Origin: a virus
IMG/VR virus record: IMGVR_UViG_3300043372_000028
DNA: 34,890 nucleotides
Strand: one strand, 5' to 3'
This document shows, piece by piece, positions 26,293 through 32,056 of this stretch. The notes beneath the pieces are model-generated. The model did not search any database, was not told where the DNA came from, and saw only the letters and a list, made by a program, of their open reading frames with translations. The position numbers and the translations under genes were made by a program. How positions within the stretch are numbered: the stretch's first letter is position 1; each line of letters starts with the position of its first letter.

Positions 26293-26471
26293 TTGGGCTT
26301 ACCAGACGCAATTTCGTTCAAAGCTATGTCCACCTCGGCCTGCGCCGCCATCCCATCTTCATACCCACGGGCATAACTGTTCTGCTCCATAGCAATCAGT
26401 TGGTTAATTAGGCGCTGCTGTATCTCGCAGATGCGCGTCAGACTGTCCAATGCCAAATCACGTTTGCTCAT
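26289..26471 (-). CDS. Hypothetical protein
   Basis: 60 aa, with AAGGAGA RBS upstream of ATG 26471. Confidence 0.55.
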   Translation of the reverse strand: MSKRDLALDSLTRICEIQQRLINQLIAMEQNSYARGYEDGMAAQAEVDIALNEIASGKPK

Positions 26472-26557
26472 GTGTTCTTCTCCTTTAATTTGGCGCGATA
26501 GCGGCTCTCATAGTTAAAAAACCAAAAACTCATCCACGCCCCCAAAATGGTAATCAT
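26468..26557 (-). CDS. Micro-ORF, 29 aa, hydrophobic N-terminus and basic C-terminus (not in the ORF track)
   Basis: MITILGAWMSFWFFNYESRYRAKLKEKNT. ATGA overlaps with both the upstream stop (26554..26557) and the downstream start (26468..26471). Confidence 0.4.
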   Translation of the reverse strand: MITILGAWMSFWFFNYESRYRAKLKEKNT

Positions 26558-27159
26558 CCGTTCTTCTCCTTCAAGGCTTGCTCAATCAGCAAGTAATCTT
26601 CTCTAGCGCAAAGCAAAAACTCTTCGCATTCCCATTCTTTGTACGCTGTAAGCAGTGCTGCTTTCCTATCTTCATCGGTCAGCCCTACCCATTTGCGCTG
26701 CACTGGCAGGGGTGGGGTGGTGGCGGCAAGTTCTTGCTTGCACTGACCAGCGCAAAGCACGTTGTCAGGGCCACCGCAATGACGGCAATTTGTGAGCGCC
26801 ACAGGCTCCTGCGCTGGCTGTGCCAATGCTGCTTCTGCGTGTACAGCGCGTAAAGCGTCTTTGACGGCTTCAAACGGGATATGTGCGTCAATTTGGCAGT
26901 GCCGATATGTTTGCATCAGCTCATAAAAATCTTGCGACTCTAAAAACGAATCAAACTCCACTGGCTCCTGCGCTACACCGCAATCACACGCACCCGCGGG
27001 ATAGGCTGGCTCGTTATGCACCGCACAGTCAGACCAGTGCGAAAAAGTTTTATTTTCTGGCCAGACTAAGGCTGGCTTCAACTTGTCCGCAGCCATTGCT
27101 TGCTTTGAATTAAATCCGGTCATGTTAGTTTTTTCCATATTTAGTCTCATACCAATCAC
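26554..27159 (-). CDS. Cys-rich hypothetical protein
   Basis: Up to 201 aa. The start is uncertain: ATG 27159, 27138 or 27123, the last lying 1 nt after the upstream stop. Several Cys pairs (CDCG, CRHCGG, CAGQC). Confidence 0.55.
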   Translation of the reverse strand: MIGMRLNMEKTNMTGFNSKQAMAADKLKPALVWPENKTFSHWSDCAVHNEPAYPAGACDCGVAQEPVEFDSFLESQDFYELMQTYRHCQIDAHIPFEAVKDALRAVHAEAALAQPAQEPVALTNCRHCGGPDNVLCAGQCKQELAATTPPLPVQRKWVGLTDEDRKAALLTAYKEWECEEFLLCAREDYLLIEQALKEKNG

Positions 27160-27331
27160 GTTGTGCTGCTATCCATTTTTCTGAGGCTTTTTTCTTAGCA
27201 GCAATGGCTTTTTTTCTTTCCCTATCGGCTTTTTTAAAATCTTCATGAAATTTGTACCAATCTTCTTCAGCTTTTTTTATTTCGGCCTGGGCTAAAGAAC
27301 ATTGCAAAAGTAATGTTTCGTCTTCAATCAC
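27125..27331 (-). CDS. Lys/Glu-rich helical small protein
   Basis: 68 aa from GTG 27331, which forms a GTGA overlap with the upstream stop. The ORF track's ATG 27409 would overlap the upstream gene by 82 nt. Confidence 0.45.
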   Translation of the reverse strand: MIEDETLLLQCSLAQAEIKKAEEDWYKFHEDFKKADRERKKAIAAKKKASEKWIAAQRDWYETKYGKN

Positions 27332-27510
27332 TTCTTGCACTCCTGGGTTAAACGGGAAACTGCGCTGCCGCAAATAGGTTGGTAGGTGTAGTAGCCAAAG
27401 GCCATGCAAGCCGAGACTATGACGGCCACTACGCCGATAAAGAAGAACACTGTCGCTATCAGGCCCAGGGCGATGCTTGCCCAGGACTCAATTTCATCGT
27501 CTGTATCCAT
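27328..27510 (-). CDS. Small membrane protein
   Basis: 60 aa, AGGAG RBS. TM helix SIALGLIATVFFFIGVVAVIVSA. Confidence 0.55.
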   Translation of the reverse strand: MDTDDEIESWASIALGLIATVFFFIGVVAVIVSACMAFGYYTYQPICGSAVSRLTQECKK

Positions 27511-27570
27511 GATTCGTACTCCTGCGAGTCAAACAAAAACAGCATGGCGCAGAGCGCCAGCACGATCAGG

Positions 27571-27819
27571 CTAATTAGCCTTGGCATACGCCAACTCGGT
27601 CTGAGTGGCTTTCAACTCTTCGCGCAGAATCTCCATCTCCTGGTCCATGCGTTTCTGAGTGGTCTCAGTTCCACGCGCCCAGCCTGCGAGTGCTGCATCG
27701 GTGCAAGCAGTGTGCAGCATGGTCGCCAACTCCTCACGCGAGATCAGGCCGATATTCCCAACCGCAGGGAGGTGCGCAAACACGGTCTTTGCGATTTCAA
27801 CTTGTAGTGGATTCATCAT
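27571..27819 (-). CDS. Hypothetical protein
   Basis: 82 aa from ATG 27819 (ATGA overlap with the upstream stop). Coiled C-terminal half. Confidence 0.5.
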   Translation of the reverse strand: MMNPLQVEIAKTVFAHLPAVGNIGLISREELATMLHTACTDAALAGWARGTETTQKRMDQEMEILREELKATQTELAYAKAN

Positions 27820-28028
27820 TTGTTTCTCGCTTTCAGCATTGCGTCTGCCCACTCAAAGCAACTAACACAAAGCACATCAAGCGTTGCTCTTCCGCTGCCT
27901 ATAGCTACAAATAATTCGGGCATAGATAACTGCCCTTGTAATGACAATCCAGCGTAGTGGTCACGCAGGGTCATGTCCTTTGCATAGCCGCCTGTTTGCA
28001 CCATCCATGTGTCGTATGAGTCTTTCAT
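27816..28028 (-). CDS. Hypothetical protein
   Basis: 70 aa from ATG 28028 (ATGA overlap). The MTLRDHYAGLSLQG...WADAMLKAR pattern recurs in small phage early proteins. Confidence 0.5.
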   Translation of the reverse strand: MKDSYDTWMVQTGGYAKDMTLRDHYAGLSLQGQLSMPELFVAIGSGRATLDVLCVSCFEWADAMLKARNK

Positions 28029-28111
28029 GCAAACCACCATTCTTTCATTACCATCATCAGTGCGACGAGGATGGCGACAGAAAGCGCCGCCTCAAGGATT
28101 AGTTTTTTCAT
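28025..28111 (-). CDS. Micro-ORF, 28 aa, single TM helix (not in the ORF track)
   Basis: MKKLILEAALSVAILVALMMVMKEWWFA. ATGA overlaps at both ends (28108..28111 and 28025..28028). Confidence 0.45.
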   Translation of the reverse strand: MKKLILEAALSVAILVALMMVMKEWWFA

Positions 28112-28392
28112 GCTGCTGCTCCAAGTTGGTGGGTGTATTCAAGGTAGTGGTTCTGCGCCATCACCTGGTCGCGCTCATTGTTCTGCTCACGCTGGCGAGG
28201 GATAACCCGCTGGACGTAAGACCGGTGAACGGCCATTGGCTGATGGTAGAAGTCGCGGTCGGCTAACTCCGATTCGCGCAAAAACGCCTCTGGGTTCTCG
28301 CGTTGCAAGGAGGCGGCAACCTTATCTATCTGGCTGCAACCGAAGCAGGCGGCAGCTTTAAGCTGGCTGCGTTGGTAGTTGTTGAGTTTCAT
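28108..28392 (-). CDS. Hypothetical protein, first gene of the minus-strand operon
   Basis: 94 aa from ATG 28392, with GGAG 6 nt upstream. The ORF track's longer start at 28482 would run into the promoter region. Confidence 0.55.
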   Translation of the reverse strand: MKLNNYQRSQLKAAACFGCSQIDKVAASLQRENPEAFLRESELADRDFYHQPMAVHRSYVQRVIPRQREQNNERDQVMAQNHYLEYTHQLGAAA

Positions 28393-28420
28393 ATTTGCTC
28401 CGGTTGTTGATGACAAGCGC

Positions 28421-28450
28421 ATCATATCGCAGTTGATTACTGCATCACAA
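28421..28450 (-). promoter_or_regulatory. Candidate sigma70-type promoter for the minus-strand operon
   Basis: On the minus strand: TTGTGA (28450..28445), an 18-nt spacer, then TATGAT (28426..28421), about 30 nt upstream of ATG 28392. Confidence 0.4.
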
Positions 28451-28497
28451 ACAGCAGTTGCGAAATGCATTAGGGAAAACACCTAGTCTTTTTGGTG

Positions 28498-28503
28498 TAT
28501 AAT
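28498..28503 (+). promoter_or_regulatory. Candidate -10 box (TATAAT) for the plus-strand early operon
   Basis: A perfect TATAAT lies 29 nt upstream of ATG 28532. I found no convincing -35 element. Confidence 0.3.
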
Positions 28504-28531
28504 GCATCAACAAGGAGATGATAATCTAATC

Positions 28532-28762
28532 ATGGAATCCACTACACAACAAGCAATCCGAGCCATCCGCGAGAAAGCTGAACGGTCAGGTTTCACTCTG
28601 AGCGATGTCGCATACGCCGCAGGCATTGACAAGGCCCAGGTCTCGCGCTGGTCTACAGGCAAGGTCGTTCCACTGTACTCGGCAGTTGTCAATCTGCAAG
28701 AGGCTTGCGACGCTTTGGTGGAAGCTAGGCTGCTGATGCTACAGAAGGAGCGTGAGCAATGA
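28532..28762 (+). CDS. Cro/C1-type HTH DNA-binding protein
   Basis: 76 aa from ATG 28532. FTLSDVAYAAGIDKAQVSRWSTGK is a classic HTH. It is the first gene of the early operon. Confidence 0.65.
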   Translation: MESTTQQAIRAIREKAERSGFTLSDVAYAAGIDKAQVSRWSTGKVVPLYSAVVNLQEACDALVEARLLMLQKEREQ

Positions 28763-29238
28763 GATACGTCATCGGCATCGACCCAGGCATCAGCGGAGCC
28801 ATTGCCATATTTAAGGATGGCAAGCTGGAAAGTGTAGTGGATATGCCTACAGTGGAGATTGCATCAGGTAAGACCATCAAACGGCACATTTCAGCGGCTA
28901 CCTTACGCAACATTTTGGAACTGGATATGTATCAGATTTCTCATGTCGTGATTGAGAAGGTTGGCGCTATGCCTGGCCAAGGCGTGACCAGTATGTTTAA
29001 CTTTGGGCGCAGCGCAGGCATCATAGAGGGCGTTGTGGCCGCCTTGCGGATGCCACATACATATGTCACCCCTGCTACCTGGACGAAGGTTGTAGGCCGC
29101 GCAGCGGGTAAGGATGCCAGCCGGATGAGGGCGATGGAACTGTTCCCAACACGCGCCGATCTGTTCAAGCGTGCCAAGGACGATGGCCGCGCAGATGCTG
29201 CTCTGATTGCTTACTGGTACATAACGAAAAATGCTTGA
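28759..29238 (+). CDS. RuvC-like Holliday junction resolvase
   Basis: 159 aa. N-terminal IGIDPGISGAIA, then VVIEKV and a C-terminal DDGRADAALIAYW: catalytic acidic residues in the RuvC order. Confidence 0.8.
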   Translation: MRYVIGIDPGISGAIAIFKDGKLESVVDMPTVEIASGKTIKRHISAATLRNILELDMYQISHVVIEKVGAMPGQGVTSMFNFGRSAGIIEGVVAALRMPHTYVTPATWTKVVGRAAGKDASRMRAMELFPTRADLFKRAKDDGRADAALIAYWYITKNA

Positions 29239-29452
29239 CCAACTGCGCACTATGCGCGAACACATTATCTGGCTGGGGACTCAGCTAGAGCGTGAGCGCG
29301 AATCATCACGCGACAAGACTGTGCTGCTCAAGCGCCTGCTGGACCCAGATGACCTGGGTCACGCGGTAACTAACGAAGTACGCAAACAGGCATACGCAAT
29401 CATTTCAAACGACCACGAAAGAGAGAGAGAAAAATGGAACGTATCAAACTAA
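29231..29452 (+). CDS. Hypothetical protein
   Basis: 73 aa, charged and helical. It overlaps both neighbours by a few nt. Confidence 0.5.
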   Translation: MLDQLRTMREHIIWLGTQLERERESSRDKTVLLKRLLDPDDLGHAVTNEVRKQAYAIISNDHEREREKWNVSN

Positions 29453-30489
29453 GGCCGAGCGCAGCGGCACGCTGGATGGCCTGCCCTGCCAGTGTCCACC
29501 TGTCAGTCGGCATTCCCGACTCGCCTAGTGGCGAGGCAGCGCAAATTGGCACAGCTATCCACGCGCTGGCCGAACTCTGCTGGCAGACAGAGGATGACCC
29601 GAGGAACTACATCAACAAGATGGTCGAGCAGATCGTCATCACCGAGCAGAACGCCGAGTTTGCGCAGCTACACATTGACACCATCAAGCGTTTGGAGAAA
29701 GACTTAGGCCGAGTCCTGGTGGAGCAACACGGTACGGTGCTGAACACCATGCAGATACAGCTATCGGGTACTTGCGACGTTGTGGGCTACAGCGTCAAGG
29801 ATTCCATCATCGAGATTGTGGACCTTAAGACGGGCCGCAACTACGTTGACGCTGACTCTGCGCAATTGAAGATTTACGCGCTGGCGATGATGCGTGAGCT
29901 GGGAGACTTTGAAACGATTCGCTTAACGATTGTCCAGCCACAGACCGGCGCGAACCGGACTCACCAGATGACCCTGGCCGAACTAAACGAGTGGCGCAGC
30001 AAGGAACTGATGAAGGCAATTGAAGATATCAGCTACGGCAACGCCTACCCGACCCCGTCACTTGATGCCTGCAAGTACTGCCCTGCCAAGCTACACTGCC
30101 CAGCCCTACGCGAGAAGGCTAAGTCGGTGACATTGAAGCCAAACAAAGAACTGTCGGAAGATGAGATCAGCTACTGGTTGGAGCAGGCAGAACTGGTGGA
30201 GGCGTTCTACGAGGAACTACGCAAGTACGCGACTAAGCGCTTGGAAGATGGCGGTGCAGTGCCAGGTTGGAACCTGGTCCCGAAACGCGCCATCCGCAAG
30301 TGGGTCGAAGGCGCTGATCTGACAGTATTGCCATTGGACTATGAGCAACTCTATAAAGAAGAGAAGATCACGCCAGCGCAAGCTGAGAAATTACTGAGCA
30401 AAGATGACCGGCATCTGCTCAACCATTTGACAGAGAAAGTTTCAAGTGGACTGACTCTGGCAAAGATGTTGGAATCCTCCGACATTTAA
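29434..30489 (+). CDS. PD-(D/E)XK nuclease, DUF2800/Cas4-like
   Basis: 351 aa. N-terminal RPSAAARWMACPAS, a D...EIVDLKTGR core, and a C-terminal CKYCPAKLHCP cysteine cluster. Confidence 0.7.
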   Translation: MERIKLRPSAAARWMACPASVHLSVGIPDSPSGEAAQIGTAIHALAELCWQTEDDPRNYINKMVEQIVITEQNAEFAQLHIDTIKRLEKDLGRVLVEQHGTVLNTMQIQLSGTCDVVGYSVKDSIIEIVDLKTGRNYVDADSAQLKIYALAMMRELGDFETIRLTIVQPQTGANRTHQMTLAELNEWRSKELMKAIEDISYGNAYPTPSLDACKYCPAKLHCPALREKAKSVTLKPNKELSEDEISYWLEQAELVEAFYEELRKYATKRLEDGGAVPGWNLVPKRAIRKWVEGADLTVLPLDYEQLYKEEKITPAQAEKLLSKDDRHLLNHLTEKVSSGLTLAKMLESSDI

Positions 30490-30525
30490 TCTTGGGCGCA
30501 AGCCCGTTAACTTAGGAAACTGAAA

Positions 30526-31098
30526 ATGCTAAATCTTTCAAACAACAATGGACCTGTTAACCCTTACATCCGATTTGCTCCGCAGGCCAACGCCTGGACA
30601 AACCGCGATGGTGAGGAAATCCAACTCAAGAAGGTGGTGATGGACCTGGACAGCGTCCAGACCGGCTGGCTGATGATTGGCGTTGGTGTACGCGACTGGC
30701 AGCCGGATGAGACTCTGGGCGCTAAGAGCCAGTCGCCTGGTGAGGGCTACAAGCGCGGGTTTCTGATTACGTTCTATAGCAAAGAACTTGGAATGGTGGA
30801 TTGGTCGTCGAACGCCTATGGACCCTGCAAAGGATTTGAAAAAATCTACGCTGAATGCGCCGACAAGGACGATAAGGATGGACGTCTTCCGGTCATCGAG
30901 TACGTTAACTCTACAGCCGAGAAGGTTGGCAAGGGCAACACCCGAGTTCCGAACTTTAAATTGGTGAGCTGGGTTGCGCGTCCCGCTGGCATGAATGCGG
31001 AAGGTGAGGACTTTGTTGAGCTGGAGCCAGCACCATTGCCTGTACGCAAGGCCAAGCCAGCACCTGCGCCAGTGATGGATGACGAAGAGTTTTTCTAA
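30526..31098 (+). CDS. Putative ssDNA-binding protein with acidic C-terminal tail
   Basis: 190 aa. It ends in ...PAPAPVMDDEEFF, an acidic tip with terminal aromatic residues as in bacterial SSB and T7 gp2.5. It lies between the nuclease and the replication genes. By-eye inference. Confidence 0.4.
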   Translation: MLNLSNNNGPVNPYIRFAPQANAWTNRDGEEIQLKKVVMDLDSVQTGWLMIGVGVRDWQPDETLGAKSQSPGEGYKRGFLITFYSKELGMVDWSSNAYGPCKGFEKIYAECADKDDKDGRLPVIEYVNSTAEKVGKGNTRVPNFKLVSWVARPAGMNAEGEDFVELEPAPLPVRKAKPAPAPVMDDEEFF

Positions 31099-31112
31099 CC
31101 AGTAGTCTGGTG

Positions 31113-31142
31113 GCCGGTGGCTGATCCCCACCGGCTTTTTTT
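31113..31142 (+). terminator. Rho-independent terminator
   Basis: Perfect 8-bp GC-rich stem gccggtgg / ccaccggc with a 7-nt loop, then a 7-T run. Confidence 0.8.
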
Positions 31143-31154
31143 CCTCTAAAAATA

Positions 31155-31175
31155 ATGAAAGTGAGATATGAATGA
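31155..31175 (+). other. Six-codon upstream ORF (MKVRYE) whose TGA overlaps ATG 31172
   Basis: The sequence atg aaa gtg aga tat gaa tga, in the third frame. ATGs in all three frames lie within 31155..31174. Confidence 0.3.
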
Positions 31176-32043
31176 GCTGGCTTTATTCGCAGGCGCTGGT
31201 GGAGGAATACTCGGCGGGAAATTACTTGGATGGCGAACCGTCTGCGCCGTTGAATGGGAGGCATACCCAGCAAGCGTTTTGTGCGCCCGACAAAATGACG
31301 GGCTTCTCGAAACTTTCCCGATATGGGATAACGTACAAACCTTTGACGGAAAACCTTGGAGAGGAATTGTTGATGTTGTATCTGGCGGGTTTCCATGCCA
31401 AGACATCAGCGCAGCAGGAAAAGGCGCAGGAATTGATGGAGAACGAAGCGGAATGTGGGGAGAAATGGCACGCATCATTTGCGAAGTACAGCCCCGATTT
31501 GTCTTTGTGGAAAACTCCCCAATGCTCACTTCTCGGGGACTCGGAAGAGTTCTTGGAGACCTGGCCGCAATGGGGTTTTATGCGAGATGGGGAGTGCTGG
31601 GAGCAGCGGACATTGGAGCAAACCATCAGAGGGACAGAATATGGATTGTCGGACAACAAGTGGGCAACTCCTACAACAATGGACAAGCTGCCGCCAAAGT
31701 CAGAAAAAGCGTTATACAAGGAAGCGACTCAAGCAAGGCCAGGTCGCAGCAAACCTGCCAACTTGAGGGATCAAGTGAGCAATATGCAGAATTGGCCTAC
31801 ACCAAAAGTGCAGGACAGTCGCCATGCCAAGATGAGACACTTAAACGAATCGGACGACCATTGGAAAAGCAATTTAGGGGAAGTGGTATCGGCGCAAGTG
31901 AATGGTGGCAGTCTGAACCCAACGTGGGTAGAGTGGCTGATGGGGTGGCCGCTAGGGTGGACAGACTTAAAGCCATTGGAAATGGACAAGTCCCATTGTG
32001 CGCCGCAACAGCATGGCGAATTCTCTCAGCAGCAGGAGTCTAA
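31168..32043 (+). CDS. dcm: DNA (cytosine-5) methyltransferase
   Basis: 291 aa with motifs in canonical order: LFAGAGGG (I), GGFPCQDIS (IV, PCQ at 31393..31401), FVFVENSP (VI), HQRDRIWIV (VIII), AIGNGQVP (X, 31978..31995). Confidence 0.85.
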   Translation: MNELALFAGAGGGILGGKLLGWRTVCAVEWEAYPASVLCARQNDGLLETFPIWDNVQTFDGKPWRGIVDVVSGGFPCQDISAAGKGAGIDGERSGMWGEMARIICEVQPRFVFVENSPMLTSRGLGRVLGDLAAMGFYARWGVLGAADIGANHQRDRIWIVGQQVGNSYNNGQAAAKVRKSVIQGSDSSKARSQQTCQLEGSSEQYAELAYTKSAGQSPCQDETLKRIGRPLEKQFRGSGIGASEWWQSEPNVGRVADGVAARVDRLKAIGNGQVPLCAATAWRILSAAGV

Positions 32044-32056
32044 CGATGGACACTGA
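31172..32056 (+). CDS. Alternative-frame ORF (294 codons) overlapping the methyltransferase gene over its full length; protein-like, function unknown
   Basis: Stop-free from ATG 31172 to TGA 32054..32056. Contains WATPTTMD (31661..31684), WPTPKVQD (31793..31816) and LNPTWVEWLMGWPLGWTDL (31913..31969). Whether it is translated is unknown. Confidence 0.4.
   Translation: MSWLYSQALVEEYSAGNYLDGEPSAPLNGRHTQQAFCAPDKMTGFSKLSRYGITYKPLTENLGEELLMLYLAGFHAKTSAQQEKAQELMENEAECGEKWHASFAKYSPDLSLWKTPQCSLLGDSEEFLETWPQWGFMRDGECWEQRTLEQTIRGTEYGLSDNKWATPTTMDKLPPKSEKALYKEATQARPGRSKPANLRDQVSNMQNWPTPKVQDSRHAKMRHLNESDDHWKSNLGEVVSAQVNGGSLNPTWVEWLMGWPLGWTDLKPLEMDKSHCAPQQHGEFSQQQESNDGH

Noticed and set aside
28440-28510. 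ATGCAT-type elements as defined operator sites
   Set aside because: There are only three short, partly degenerate copies. A 6-bp palindrome can easily recur by chance, so it stays a low-confidence note within the divergent-region finding.
30538-31131. 197-aa minus-strand ORF antisense to the SSB-like gene
   Set aside because: Operon direction favours the plus strand. So do the plus-strand terminator right after 31098 and the SSB-like acidic C-terminus.
31222-31719. 165-aa minus-strand ORF antisense to the methyltransferase
   Set aside because: It has no motifs and no start context. Unlike the same-strand alternative frame, it covers only part of the locus and looks like a routine antisense artefact.
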